Shown here piece by piece: positions 37,422 to 52,900 of a stretch of DNA of 64,000 nucleotides (position 1 is its first letter; each line of letters begins with the position of its first letter). A program made the translations under genes and the position numbers. The stretch is from Takakia lepidozioides (taxonomy: Eukaryota > Plantae > Bryophyta): NCBI GenBank assembly GCA_030704615.1, contig CM060732.1:22940001-23004000 (forward strand), read 5' to 3'. The notes beneath the pieces were generated by a model. That model saw only the letters and a program-made list of their open reading frames with translations, had not been told where the DNA came from and ran no database searches.

Positions 37422-37680
37422 CTCAATAGAAGCATGATTTTGGATTTGCGGACTGGTAGTATTCTGAAGGTAATACTAGCCAGTTACCAACCTGGGTATA
37501 AATTATAAATAATATTAAATGTTAAATATTTAAAAATGAGTGGCGGCCTAACCGAGCTCTCAATAGAAGCATGATTTTGGATTTGCGAACTGGTAGTATT
37601 CTGAAGGTAATACTAGCCAGTTTCCAACCTGGGTATAAATCATAAATAATATTAAATATTAAATACTTAAAAATGAGTGA
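37422..37680. repeat. Direct duplication of about 120 bp
   Basis: CTCAATAGAAGCATGATTTTGGATTTGCG...AAAAATGAGTG at 37422-37541 and 37558-37679. Confidence 0.9.
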
Positions 37681-38064
37681 GCCAAAACATTATGCCTTCA
37701 TTTTACAAGCATAACTTATTTCCCAAAGATAAGAAAACTAGGTATGTTTCAAAAGCCCTGCATATATATACATGCCAAGTCAAGAGAAATAATTAAGATA
37801 AGATTGGGCTGGAGATGTTGGGCAGCAGTATTCACATCTGTCCCCTCCTCATCATATAGTCAATGGCCATCATATGGCCAAAAGAGACAAACAAGGAATA
37901 TGCATAGGGTTGATACTTGATACCAGTATTGGTCTAGTATTGAGTTTTTGGCATACCAGTCGGGTCCAAGCATTGGAACTTGGATCATTTCGTATACCAA
38001 CCTATACAATGCCATTAGATTATCCCAAAGTTGTGGAGCATTTTTATAACCTAGCTGAATCAAT

Positions 38065-38684
38065 GTATGAAGCAAGCCGGTGTTTGTTTTGTTTTGTTTT
38101 GTAGTGTCGTTGAGATCTCCCAATCCGCGGGAGCCCAACGCTGGTGCTTGGTGCCGTTGGAAAGCCCTTGATCAGGAGGGGTGCACCGGCTTGGTCTCAT
38201 GATTTTTGGACCAACGGTGTGGGAGATGTGGAATTTCAAGTGCTTTGGGTCGCTGCAAATTCATAAAATTAGCAAAGTGGGCTTTCCTGGAGCAATGATT
38301 GGCCCTTCACGTGGGAGATTTGGAATTTCAAGTACTTTTGGTTGCTGGAAATTCGCAAAAAAATAGCAAAATGGGCACTCCGTTGGAGCCTCGACATGAG
38401 AGATATCAAGGGGAAGGTCTCCAGTTCAAATCTGGTCGTAGGCTCTGTGGAAAAAAATGCATTTGGACTTAGATGACATTGGATATATTGCTAGTCAATA
38501 AATTCATGGAAAAAAATTAATCGGGCCTTGACATAGGAGACATACTTGGATACATAGGAGATTGCACACTAGGCTTAGATGGGCCTCAACATGGGAGACG
38601 CACATGAGAGATGCCCTTGGATACATAGGAGATTGCACTTGGGCTTAGATGACACTAGACACTTGGGCCAACGGGCTACCCTAG
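38065..38684 (+). repeat. Copy of the Helitron-like repeat family with CTAG|T 3' end
   Basis: Same modules as 19283-19650. Ends GGGCCAACGGGCTACCCTAG|T. Confidence 0.7.
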
Positions 38685-38739
38685 TATATATGAAATTGAA
38701 GAGGGGTGATACTAGGAGGGTATGATGTGGGATTTGATA

Positions 38740-39442
38740 GGGTAGAAGCACTGTTCATGGCGAAGGTGCCCCACCGTGGTACTCAAAAGTACGCCCATGG
38801 TGCAAGGAAGTATGCCCATTTTTGGAACGTATCAGGCTCGGGTGCGCCATGACAGGCCAGCAAGCTTACCAAAGAGGAATGAACTACAATACACCGTTTA
38901 ATCCTCTACTTTACACTAAAATTATCCTAGGTAGATGAACTTTGCTGAAAATTGTTCCAACTACAAAATGCTGGGGCTCATCAAAGACTTTCCAATGGTA
39001 TCTTTAAACTTAAAATGGTTCAAATGGTTGAAGTCCAAGGTACCAAAAGAGCAATATATCTTGTGCGCCATGATGGGCTCACTTGTTTTATCCTTAAATT
39101 GCTATAGATAGATGTCCTCTAATGAAAATTGCTCCAACCACAAAAAGATGGGCCACATTAAGCGCTTTCCAATGGTATTTTTGGTTTTTTTTTTTGTTAC
39201 CATCTCAGGTAGAAAGGATCTTAATGAGATATGATAGGAACAAGGTGCGCCACAAGCTCACATTGACATCCTCTACTTCACTCCACTTTTAATGTCAGAT
39301 AAAGCCAGAATACTTTCAACTAAAGAAAGTTGTCTTATCATAAGAGCTTTCACTTTAGGTATTACATGACCTCATAGGTTAAAAGCACAAAAAAGGTATT
39401 ACATTTACCCAACTTCGTGCACCATGAAGGGTGCTTCTACCC
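38740..39442. mobile_element. MITE with TA TSD (Tc1/mariner-like)
   Basis: TA|GGGTAGAAGCACTGTTCATGG ... CCATGAAGGGTGCTTCTACCC|TA. Confidence 0.75.
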
Positions 39443-40930
39443 TAGTGAGCAATAAGCAAGAAACCAAGCCGTTTCAGTTTTAACAGTTTTCTTAAACTCC
39501 TACTTTTAATTATTTTTGGAAGGACAGCCTGAAAAACAGCCACTGAAAGAAACACTATTGGGGTACCTCAGGCCAAGTTTAGATACAAGGCACGCTGAGG
39601 GGCCAAAATTGTTTGGCCGCTCATTTCAGGCACTGGTTGGGATGACGTGATAGGATGAAACAAAATATGTGTAACCCATCCACAGGCTAAAGCCCTTTAG
39701 CCAAAGATCCTCTATTGTGGACTCCCATCTCCATCGCAGGTGGAAAAGTAACTGCTTGAGAAAACAATGGGGAAACCCCTCTTGGCCACTTGACCATTCT
39801 TGGGATGAGCTAAAACACATTCCTCAATTTTGGCCGCTCAAAATTGCCACATATGCATCCAGCAATGCCACATAATATGGGAGTTTTTCATTGACAGGCC
39901 ATGTCTAAACCATCCACTGGCCAACACCTAAAATCTGTCCAATCATTGACCACCACCATCATTTTTGCTGCTCTCGGCTGTCTCAACTCCGCCTCAAGAA
40001 CCCCGTGCCCGCGAGGGGCAACATTGAAGAGGGAACCTGCCAGTGGAAGGACTACAACACTAATATACAAAAAAACCCCTCCCAGACATTGCAAAGACCC
40101 ACAGTATGCAAACATAACAGCCCCACCTGTTTTGTCCGGGATGGTTTCTCCCAACTTCTACCTGGTGAGTCAGGTTCAATACTAGGTCGCATGGTATGTG
40201 TATTGGGGGCAACCAAACTTGGTACCTGGGGGTATTGCCTGTTAGTACCAGATGGGTCTTTCATACCAGTGCTCATAACCAGGTTCAAAACTGACAACAC
40301 CCTATACACCAGACCAACGCTGCACCCAACCCAGGTATTGGCACTTCCAATACCTACCTACCTAGGCTGGTATTAACAAAGGCACTACACGAGCAATACC
40401 CGTGTTAGGGCAAAAAAAAAGAACAAAATAAAATCCATGCACAAGGTGTCAACGTCCCGTCCTGGGATTGTTAGCAGATTCAATTTAATGGATCTTCAAG
40501 ACTCTCAACCTCCCAAGGCAACCACAGGCACTAGCCAGTACCCAATACTTAGGCTCTTGCTTTGGCAGAGGATTGTGTGCCTTCAGCATCTCCCAGGGGC
40601 ACCTGTGTCCTCAGGAAGTGTGGAGTAGGTGCACAGGATCAGTTGCCCTCAGTTAGAAGACACGATTAGTGCACTTCAAACATCCAGAAAAATGTTTTCC
40701 AACCCACCATTATATTTTCATGGTTTATTTGTACTTTCTATGTCATACAATGCATTGTTTTTGTTTCTTCCAAGACCGAGAGAGCAAAGAACGGAAAATG
40801 AGGATCTTATTCCGCCGTCTGCCAAAAACAGGGGGCATTCCCACAATGGGGCAGTACAAACAAATATTAGAAGTGTGAATCTCTGCTTGAAGGGCTGAGT
40901 GAGCCTGCCCCGCACCTGTGCCTGCACTGT

Positions 40931-43900
40931 CTACATCCACTCGTCCAGCTCAAGCTGCTTCTCATCATCATATGAGGGAGCTTCATACCTGTTACATCGC
41001 CACCAAATTTCGTCCACATGTCACTCATACGCGGATGAAATGACCGCAGTTGTGTATATAGAAGATGAATGACGGTAAAGCTACAGCATTGCTTGAGACT
41101 ACGGCTCTGTGGTAGTTGTTAGGAACAAACGGCCCGGCAGAATCAGCGACGTGCTCAACGGAAAAGAGGAGAGATGTCAAACGACCGGACCCAACCTTCC
41201 TCGACTGCTGACCACCTCTATTGAATCCCTATCTTCCAGCACCTGCATCCACACAGCATTCACAAGAAGACTGAGTCACAAGCACAATGCAACAGCCGTG
41301 AGAAAGGGATTTGTCTCAGTGGAGTAGTCTTGTGGGCCATATCAAGACTAATGTGGACATACAGGATGAGACAGACTACCTTGAACCTAGTTTTCAACAT
41401 TGCAGCAGGGTTTAAACAACGCCTACATGCAGACTGCAGCTCCAACTACAAGTTTTAGCAGCCAGTTTGGTAATTATAAGAAAGAGCTGCAACCATACAG
41501 AAACTCACCTCAGGAAGTAAATCCTTGCGGGTTATCACTCCCACAACACGGGAAGGACGTGGCACAACACAAATGTGCCGCAATCCTAACTGCCGAAAAA
41601 GGTTGTACACCTGCTCATTCCAATCCACCCACATTCATTAAAAGTGGACAAGCACAAACCTTAATAACCAATAGATATGCTATCTTAACAACTGACCACT
41701 ATCGAGAGCTCAGACCATGACCCCAGAAAGGTCAGGGGCTTTGATGTTGACAGTGACCTACAGGACATGGGCAAGAAATCAATCAAACATGCTGCCTCTC
41801 CAACTGCTAGCAGCAACTATGACTATGTTCAGCCAACGACAAACCATTAACAGATATAACTACTCCTATCACTGCCAAAAGCTTTGCACCACCTGCTTGC
41901 ATTGTCAGGCCACCCTCCAAAACCTCCATCAATAGAAGGTACATGGCTAAGACTGCATGCATTCAACGTCAAGAAACCGCCCCAGAAAATAGATTAGGCC
42001 TTACTTTAGTGAGGGACATATCCTCAGGAACAATGTAGGGTGTGGGGTTGACAAATGGCTCCAGATCTATATACATCTCCATCTCCGCAGGGCTGATATT
42101 GATGTCATGTATAGAGAGCCCTTTGCTGGAAACTGGCTTGGCAAAATCTCTGACGTCGTATCTGCATGCCATCATTCCCACTACTGAGCTTCACAAACTC
42201 TACTACACTCGCCTCCTCTATAGTATCACAATCCAATTCTCCTCTATTATGTCGTAACAGGATTGTACATCACTCACGTAAAAACCAGAAACCCATCAGT
42301 CCATGTCTGCCATGCACCGACTGAAACAATAAACAGTTCTTCCATATCGGCGTGGAACTTTTACCCACTTGCGGATAACCCAGTGGTGGAGTTTTGACCA
42401 AAGGCACACTAACTTCACCACTATTTTTTTCTACATTAACTTACAGATTACAGATCTAAAATTAATTAACAGCTCAGCATACTACAAGAAAGAAGCACAA
42501 TTGCAATGGCACCAAAGCTTACTACGGTACTGTGGGAAGTAGCTACAAGGAAAGAAGAAAGGGGCCCAACCTTGTGCAGCAACAATGGAAGGATAACGAA
42601 GGTTCCTTCCATTGCCAGGCAAAGGCAGATCCGAATGTTACCTGAATGTAATGCGTCCTCGAGTATCACCGGGAATGGGACTATGCTGGAAATCTGCCTT
42701 TGCTTGTAAAAGCACCAATAGATAGCTGAACCAGCCAAGGTCACACATGTTTCGACCAGCCTTAGGAAAGACCAAGCATCTACAAACTGGGCCTACACTT
42801 TGTTGACATTGATTAGGTTCTCTACCAAACTCAAAGCTGAGCATGCAAAATGATTGCATAGTCTTCAAACTCTACCATTACAAAGGTACATGAAAGGTGT
42901 TAAACAAGTTGGTGAAGGGTGCAGGACTAGTGGGCCACTGATATGGTTCAAGGAAAAACCCCGCACTCCCATCATTTAGCCAACAAAATAGAATGTACTC
43001 ATAAGACGTTGTTTGCCGTAGCCTTGTGGCCATTGACCCCGCGCCCAGTTTGAGCGGAACACAAAGGGACAGGAGATCAGGAGACAGACAGACAGAAACC
43101 AGAAACACACATTCAAGCTTCTAGCGTCTAGAATACACAGTACTATGTGCTGAACAAACGTTTTGATCAACATCCAGGTGAGCGTATACTTCTGCTTGGT
43201 CTAAATATGTCAAGCCTATGAAGATTGATTACTGTTACTGCCTTACCTTCGTAAGATAAGGCCAATCACAACTGTCTCCCCAGTCTGCGACCGGTCTACC
43301 ACCTGCCATACCCAACCATGCAACTGTACTTAGCATCCAAGAAGTGCTGTCAAACCCAGTCAAATCACAACTCTCTTTGTCTGCCCTTCAAGGCGACCAC
43401 AACACCCTCGCTCCAGAAAGCAAAAAGTAAAGCCCATAAAACACCGATGCAGATAGAGAAGGCAATGTGATTTACCGGAAATCCATTGTGGTTGTTGCTG
43501 CACAAAACTGACACAATATGGCTGACTTTTGTTATTCTTGAGAATTGTACAACCTGTCCTTGTCCAGCAAAACAACCCACCAAGGTTACCAACATATTTC
43601 AACCAAGGGCAGCCACCTGCTGGGACTCAGGGTGGCCAGGGATGCATAAAGCATTCTGATCGGAGTTTAAAGAATGTCTCCATTATCAGTTTCTATTGGA
43701 TGCCTACAAATTTCACTTGACTGGAAGGGGAACAACCTTGGAAATAGATCATCTGCATGTACAGAAGGAATGCCTTCATTTCTGCAGTATATCTACTTGG
43801 CAGTCCCATCTACTGCTGCCAACCATCATTAACAGAAAGGAAGTGCTAACTTTGTCTGATTGACTACCTACGTTTAGTGCAGGTGCAACGCTGGCAATTC

Positions 43901-46900
43901 TAAAACGCGAAATCATCTTGGATAGCTGAACCATACAAACAACTACAGACGGCATGTATACAAGATGCCGATCATCTCAACTCCCCACTCTCAAGATTAT
44001 TGAGTAGCGGTATTTGAGTCTGTTAATGGGTGGTGTTCCAGGGATCAAGAATTCATTTCATGTGCTTCCTATTGATCTCAAGGCCCAGCTCATGGTAGCC
44101 ATAATGCTAAGTTAATCAAAAGACTGCGAACATGCAATTGAGTATGTGCTGGCAGAATGTGGTTGAAAACTTCACAACATATAGCAGTAGTGTGGATGGG
44201 TCACTGGACAGACAATTCTCCATTCATTCAGACATACGGTGGCTCAAGATTTTCAGTCACGGCATTAAGCCACATTCAACTTATACCTTTTTAGTCGCAA
44301 GTGCATCTCTCGCAGACAGGTTGCGCATGAAACGCTTTGGCCTTGACTCAAGTAGAGGAAGACGCCTTAGCTGGGCTTGTTCCTCATAGAAACCTGCATT
44401 GAATATGTCCCCAACAGCCTGCAGCACAAAGCCTCGGAATGAAACGGAGAAGGCCTAATCCTTGCCATCCACAGAAAAACTAGGAAACTGATTCAAACAA
44501 AGACTTTAAATTTCCAGGCCAAACGTTGCACAGAATTTATAGTCCTAGAAAAGATCCACACAGTTGAAGTAATGCTAAGAATCCAAGACACAGGTAGCAA
44601 TGAGAGCCATACATTACCTTTGAGATGAGAAGAACTAGCATTATCAGAGGTAGAAGCTTTAAATTATTTGTAATTTCCACCATAATCACACACAGTGACA
44701 CAGTCATCCTCATTGAGCCCCCAAGAAAGGACGCTGCACCTAGCAAGGCATATCTGCATGCATACGCATCACACACACAACAATTAGACTCTTTAAGAAC
44801 ATACTGAATAAGACTGCTCGTGACAACTGTGGTACATAAGCCTCCATGATTAGTCTAGATAAACAGGTCTGCTGACCATCTAAATAGATTCCTTCCTGAA
44901 AATAGCTCTCAAATGCATACATTGAAATGCCAAGCCCACATACAATGCTTCTACCTGAAACAACGTACTGCCCATATTGAAAATTTTGCCACAAACCCCA
45001 CGTTGCTGACCCTTGCCTGCCTCCCTTAATACACACAATCATTAAACAGGCGCAGTTGAAGGTCCATGAAACATACGTTCCTTCGTCAATGCTATCTTTC
45101 TTGGACGCATTGACTACAAGCATGCCAACAAGCCGCCCATATGTAGCTCCAACCATGATACCTGGCACAAACTGCCCTGAGGGCACAGCTGTGCCATATG
45201 TGACCACCGCCAGGAAGAAGAACATTACCTGCACTAACAAGAGTTCGTTACTAACTGGGAAAAGAGTTGTGTAATGCAATCTACTGTTAAAGTCTCTTAC
45301 TGCAGACCATGCTGCTGAGGGATCTACTGCCATAATGTGTCCATTAGTACCAAGTCCGCACACAAACTCCATCTCTCCCTATCTGTATCTTGTTCTCATT
45401 TCTTAGAGGTAACCCAGATCAAAACCTATCTACCTAGCCAAGTTTAGCCTACAAGGTACACCTCAAAATTCCTGCCTGGCCAAAAGCAAGTCTGAATAAT
45501 TCTGCAGTTGCACTTATTAGTCAAACCAGCATTTGTTCAAATCAATCCCTGCTATCTTTCTGATACAACTCAAATGTAACAAGAATATTCAAATCGACTA
45601 AAATGGTTAGCAAAAACATGAACCCCATGGTTCCAACATGATCCCTTGTTCTCTCAACTCGGAAATTCATTCACTTTTCCCACATTTCTCACGAACTCAT
45701 CAAAGCAAATGAAAGAAGAGAGTGTCTCAAGCAAAGAGTCTGTGCCTAAACAGAAAGAGCTCATACCAGGAACGTGACAAGGCTACGTGCACTGTACTCA
45801 TGCACAGTTTTGGTGCTAAACAGATTCCGGATAGCATCATCCTTGCAATCACAATATACCACATTGGCAGAATCATTAAATACTGTCACACAGTCACAAA
45901 CTTTGGCTTCCTTGAAGTCAGTTTGGACAAATGTAAGCTGCTAACAGTGACAAAGACTACACAGGCAGCCACTCATGGTACGGGAGCATAAGCCTCCTGA
46001 TAGACAAGCTGGAAAAGGTTTGAGAGCTAGGAAAGAACCCTTACCTGTGTATTAAAAAAGATTGTAGCAAGGTCATTATATTGACTTTCACTAGAGCAAT
46101 GGAACTGTACACATTCCCACAAATCCCAAATCAACCCATGAACCTCCCATACTCTCGAGTTCAAGAAAAAGTTCAGTAACAGGTAGACCTCAACTATGAA
46201 GCTTCAAAAGACCAGCTAGGTAGAAATGGCTCAAGTGACCTAAAACGAAACCCAGCATGTAGATCCAAGACCAGTATAATACAAAGTACGATGTTAAGTT
46301 CAATTGCAAGCTACAACTTGGAGTACCAACAGTAAATAAAATACAAGACGTCGTGGCCACACAAGCACCTCCAACAATCAGGTGCAACTGGAGGTCCTAC
46401 AAAGAGTTCCAATCCGCAAAACAGCTTAATTTTTGAAGACCAGATTCTATTACCGAAAAGGAGAGCAGGAATGGACGCACAGGGATACCGAAGCTTCAAC
46501 TTACATTCACGTAGTTGCCAATATGCCCAGAGGGGCGAGGACAAACTACTTCCGGATACTTCAGAGGGTCCGGGCATGGAGTACATTTGGTCATTAACGG
46601 CAAACCAAATGAGAGTACAGATGTTATTAAAGACACCGTGCATGCCTCTAGGATCTGCATTGCCCACCCCATGGGTACAGTTAGTACAAGTCTTTCTGTG
46701 CCCAGCCTCCCTCCTCCTCTCTGCTCCTCCACACATCTACTCCCTGAAAACCCTCAGCACCAGGAGTACCAGTGGCATGGCCATCCTTCAAAACACCACC
46801 AGGTACTCTCTGCACAATCTTAAACATATGTCCACCTGAGGAGCCTTTCGAACTACCTTCTATTCAACAATAATCATATAATTAGGTGCCTTTGGAGGTT

Positions 46901-49900
46901 ACACTGCCCTCAGAACAAGGCCACAAGATCCAGCTCTGCTTTATGAAACCATGAACCAGAGAAAATGCCAGCTACACACCTTCACACGATTTCCCCGTTT
47001 GTGCAGCACTCTACGACGCCAGGATGAGAGAGATAGAGTCAATTGGTTAAACAGTGCACCTGCATACCAACAAGCAATCCACTCCATTTTCACCCACATG
47101 CCAAGAAGAACAGAAGTGTGGGTTTACACTAACACCGGGCAATACAATCAAATTCACCAACACAGCCGCAGATGGAAAGAAGTGCAGTGTGTATAAAGCT
47201 CACAGAGAAGGCAAACAGCTATCTTTTCAGCAATGCAGGAGAGTTTCTCCTAATCTCCAAACGGCAGCTACAACTTGAGAGGCCTCCTGGAAGGCCACAG
47301 CATATGGCTACTGATGGTCATAGTCCTGGGTATGGCTCAAATGGTCAACTAGACAAACTCAGATTTTAGTACAGCTTGAAAATTTTACAATGCACTTAAG
47401 TAATTCTTCCAAATGCTGACATCCAAGAATGTGCTGTGCAGATTTACTAGAAATGAGACAAAGCAATAGTCGAGTCCATGAATCGGCGTCCAGAAAGGCC
47501 AGTAAGTGGGCTCACACCAAGTAATCCTCCAATAGCACCAAGCATCGCCATAGGAACAAGCTCGTAAAATGAATAGTCCTCTTGACCCCTGAATGTCAAG
47601 GCATCAACATGAGCAAAACATTACAAAATTTGAAGTATTCACTGCACCGTTTTCACAACTTATTAATCATGTCCAGGGATTCTCTATCTTCCAAGATGTG
47701 GCACAAATAATGAGTCCTAGTCCTCAGAGCTTACCCTGATATGTCCCATATAATGAATCCGCCTGAACCAAAATGTCCACAATTTCCATGCCCACACCAG
47801 CCCATTGCAGTCCGCACCACAACAGCCACCACGGCTGAGGTGAAAAACACCCGCCATAGCAGTTGACTCCTCCACCTGTACACCCCATGGCCGGCATTAC
47901 AGTTGATAACCTTCAAGACTTGAACCAGGTGTGAGAGGGAAAGGACAACCGCGTGATTCCAACAAAAAAACACTCGTACCTTTACGACTTCAGGACAGAA
48001 AAGAAAATTCATGTGTGGAAGCTTGAAGGTAGTAGAATAAACTACATTGCAAAGATTTCTTATGGGAACCAACATTTGGTCTCTGTGGACAAATATTCTT
48101 TTCAGTACATGACCCATACATCAATAACACAGGCAGTGCACCCAATGAATATCGCTTGTAAATTCTTCACCAATTGTCTCTAATATGTTCTACTTCGCTG
48201 TCACGAGTGCAAAGGCAATCAAAAGCCAAGCAAGAATCAATAACAAATCCTAATGGAAGCAGAAACAAGGAAGCAGACAGCAGTCTGAAGAAACAGAGAC
48301 AAAGACAAGAAGAAGCTGCATACCAGGAGGTGACCTCCTCAAGGGCAAAAAGCACACCACCAACAGGGGCTCTGAAAGCTGCTGATACACCAGCCGCACA
48401 GCCACATGTCACCTACAATCATGCCAGCAGCTAACCTCATATCTGGGTCAACCCCTCCCAACTTACAATAGAGAGATGCACTTCACAGGTTCTCTTTGAC
48501 AGCAAACACTTGCACACACTGCTATCAGACAGCAGAATGCAAAAGAAAAGGTGACGACCGCATGTGCCGCCAACTGTGCAAGTCACTATACTAAAAATAC
48601 CACCAAAACTCGACCCTCTGCATGCAAACAACCTCAAGGACCCGTCAAGCAGATTGAGTCTTACAAGATCACGACGATCTCGGTCATTCCTGAAAACCCG
48701 CAGCCATCTCCACTTCACGTAATACTTGGTAGAACCCCCCTGTAGTCAAGCAGGATATGATGAATAGACAAATACAGAATGCCACACTCTTTGGGAGCAC
48801 CTGATCGTAATCTACCACTGCAACTACTTGGCCAGCAGGGTAGATTTGACTACATGGGTTTCCGGATTGTGTGATGGCCTTGTGGCCATGACCCATTGTA
48901 GAAGGGGGGGTATATGAAATGATAAAGACATGTTGATGAACAATATGGTGCTGCCAGATGTGCAGGAATCAATCCGACCACTTGTTCCACTACAGTTCAT
49001 CTGTTCTCACTCCTAGATAGTCAAACAAGTAGATAGCAAGTAAAAATGCAGTGCTCCTCACTAGGGCACTTTGTCATTGAGAATGACCTGAGAACCCTCC
49101 TGTGGTATTACCTTTGGCTACCGCAATAAGATCTCTCTCATCAACTCTAACCTTCTTTTTATTTTCGGCCGCTATTAGTTCATGTGTTTGAAGCCTGAAT
49201 ATATTTCAACTGCCATTGAAACTAAATCAGAAAAGATAGCTGTCTGATAAGAGATAATGGAGTTGACCTGCCCAAGAATTGATGCAATGCAAGCACCAGT
49301 GTGCACAAGAGGTCCTTCTTTCCCTAGAGCTAACCCTCCTCCCACGGATCCGATGCTACCAAGGATCTGCGAGAAAGTTTCAGCCCAATGCAAGCCCTGA
49401 CAATAAGATAATCTTCTTCGGAAATAAACCCACATGAGCACAAGAGAAGCATGCCTCTTCGACTGAGCTTGCAGTTTAAGGTCAGGCCTTCGTTGTCCTG
49501 CTCAGTAACCCTTGGTGAAAAGCATCAAACATCTATGCTTGCAAGTCTCATATGGCAGACATCGCAACAGTGCACCTGAGAAGTAATAACCAAACTTTGA
49601 CCCTCAACATTGCCAAGTTGTGTGTCGTAGCCAAATTACAGAAGAAAGGTTCGATGAGTTAATCTCTCTCTCGCTCTCTCATGAAGTTAGGCATAAAACT
49701 TCCCTGAACTTGTTTCCAGTCTGTGACATGGGTGAGGACATTAAGGATAACTACCTTGGACCAGGACTGAACTTTCTGCCCGCACATCAGGCAACTACAA
49801 TCTCCTCTGAGCTGCATGTTTGACTATATGAAACTAAAATAAATAAGTACACATTAATTTTTATTCTCACCAGAGAGTGACCCTCTTCAGAACGATCGAG

Positions 49901-52900
49901 AACATTGTCCCGGCACCTCTGTTCACCAACTTTGAAAATCTTGAGGCTGAGCCTAAAGCCCTGGCCCTGTTGGGGTCTACATTTTGGCTGCTCACACACA
50001 GCAGATTGATGCTCATGTGAAGGGCTTTCTAGAGGTCACACTACCGGAGTGAGACCCTCACAAAGGTAGTTTGTGGTCCCTTTAGTTCCACCCGAACTGG
50101 GTGCGGGGTGTGGCAAGGCTATGGCAAACAAAATCTTATGACTACTTCCTCGGTGTCTCACTCTCTCTGTCTCTCTCTCGGCTACGGCAAACAACGTCTT
50201 AGAAGTACATTCTCTCTCTCTCTCTCTTTCACCAACGTCCCGCTCGAACTAGGCGCGGGGTCAATGGCCACAAGGCTAGGGCAAACAAAGTCTCATGAAT
50301 ACACTCTCTTTCACCAACATCCCAAATCTCGAGGCTGAGCCTAAAACCCTGGCCCTGTTGGGGTCTAACTGCTGGGCAGATCACACACAACAAATTTATG
50401 CTTGTGTGAGGGACTTTCTAGAGGACATCTGGAAAGCCTGAACAAATTGATTATATCAAGTCCCACTACAGGAGTGAGCCCCTCATGAAGGTGGCTGTCT
50501 GTTCCCTCTTGTTCTGCCCAAACTGGGTGCAGGGTCTATGCCCACAAGGCTACACCAAACATCTAATGTTTCTCTCGCTCTCTCTCTCTCTCTCCATCCC
50601 TCTGGCCTAGCTTTAGTGTCGACTAAGTCAGATGGTTGATGGGCTCTTACCTTCCCCACCAGTGTCCGGAACAGGAGGATACCAGGAGTATCTATGCCTG
50701 CAACAACATATCAAACCTGTTGGTTTTCTCAAACCAGAGTATGAAATAAGAGTCCCTAAGAAGAATAACCTTGTGGACAATGAACCAAAGTTTCACAGTA
50801 TCAGCTGCACAGTTTTGCATTCTGCCAATCACCTTTAGCAAGCATCCAGTCATTGGAAAGATCTTCCCTAGTAATTTCAAGTTTCACTGCAAAATGGCAC
50901 TGAACAAACCAAAAAAGAGTGAAGGATGTGAACAAAAGGTTTTCAAGCAGTGCTGATCTAGATGAATATAGGCATACAATGTGCCAATCATCTACCACAC
51001 TTACCATTTAGGTAGCCCTTGATCTCAGGTATGCCAGACCCAGCTGCTGCAGGAGCAAATTTGGTGACTATGGAAACTGAAGAGAGTACCAAAACTACAT
51101 TAAACAGAACATAGAGAAGAAAGCCTGCAAAATATGAATGTTTCATGATGGCAAATGTCGCAGCAAACTTCCACCCTGAAAAATTCTCAACTGCAATATT
51201 GATGAAAAATGCAGAGAGACCTGTACCTGCAACCCGCAAACCACCAACCAAGACCAAATCTGGTAGTCAGTGTGACCAATCCGATGCAGTGATACACTTC
51301 ATTTCACATATTCGTGGCCTTTGCCTGTACTAGCCACTGCAGAGAGACCAAATGCCTTCTTCACAGCTATCTGCAACATGTCAGCATATGGTTTCAGTGC
51401 TAGAAGTTTACAGTGGTGTTTATTTTTACTTTGAAATGACCACATCAACATGTGCTCCAATGTACTTCCATTTACAGCTGCAAGTGCACTCAGTCTTTCG
51501 TGCTCCAAGATCACCAACGCAAGATCACACACCAGTCCACTGGCTCAAATAGTTACCATCCCCAGAACTCTTCAGCAGTTCAGGCAATGTGGACTACAGA
51601 GCAGCTTCCATGCCACCGAATGCCACATTTGGAAGGGCCAAAGTTTGCCAGAAGTACAGTTCACAATTCCCCTTACTGTATGGACCAAGTGATTGAGGCA
51701 CAGATAGGGTCTCCAGTCTCAACTCACTTACATGAGGGAAATATTCAGGTCTGTGGAGAGAAAAGACGAAGGAAGATCTCTTATTTGCCAAAAGGCCAAT
51801 GTAACAGAATGCTAGTGCATGTCCGTATCTTACGACATAGCACCACTTAACTTGAAGTCTAAACATACATGTAGAAAGACAGCAGAAATAGTGGAAAAAT
51901 GGACCTGATGACCCAGATGGAGTGGCCACTTCATGTGAAAACAGATTTACCCCACTCCACAGTAGTGCCATTTTCTGGAGGCATTCCCCATCCCTGGGGC
52001 ACCCAAAATTTATCTTCCACACCTAGATACAAAAACTAGGTAGAAGATGCCACAAGCTGAAAGTCTAAATATGGCAGGCAAACTGAGAGCAGACTTAACT
52101 AAAATGTCGGGAATCACTCACCCACACCAATGAGGAGTGCGAACAACCACTTCAACGTTATGTAGGATGCATGGTGCCATCTTCCTCTTTGGGCCTGCAT
52201 ATTATAACATACATATACTTAACACATAAGTTTCTTTGCCCCATTTTGACATCCATGGGAGCAAATCTGCAGGAGCAAACCATAGCTCAGCTGGTAGCAG
52301 AGCTTTGCATTGCAAAAAGCGAATTCAGTGCGAGCATATATAACCCTTTTGTGGATACTTCCTCAGTCATCCCTCTCAAAGGCAGGTGAGGTGGAGCTGC
52401 TCTTTAAGGCCATCGTATCCAAACATTTTATTACAGAGCTAAGGCCCGCAACCCCTTTTTCTTGGCAGAAACAAAAAGACATAGCAACCTCATGAGGTCA
52501 TTTGCTGCATCCTTCACACCTGAGGCCTTTCATAACGACCTAGTAACGTTCTGGACTCCTTTTGATCTATCACTCCAGTTGCAACCATAAAATATACAAC
52601 AAATTGTGCGCCGGTGCTACACATTTCAACTTGACAAAAATTAATCCTAAGGCACACAGACAGCACCTCCGGGCACCGCTTAATCCTATTTAGCTGCCAA
52701 GTTCTTAAGGAAAGTAAACTAGCTTGAGTGCCTGCGCATAAAGACACTTTGACGGCCGACAAAAAATGCATAACTATATTATTATCAGCGATCGAGCTAA
52801 TTGAAAAAAAAGGGCAAGAAGAGAGCGTACTTGATCCTCCCGATACGCAAGGGTCTCGACCACTTCATAATCAAGACTCTCCATGCCTGCTGTGCCAGCT

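Noticed and set aside
42990-43070. Hammerhead ribozyme or U1 snRNA-derived SINE (CTTATGAG, CGGGGTCAATGG)
   Set aside because: Hammerhead core (CTGANGA/GAAA) and stems are not satisfied, and the U1 match is only about 12 nt. Better explained as the end of LINE ORF2 plus 3' UTR.
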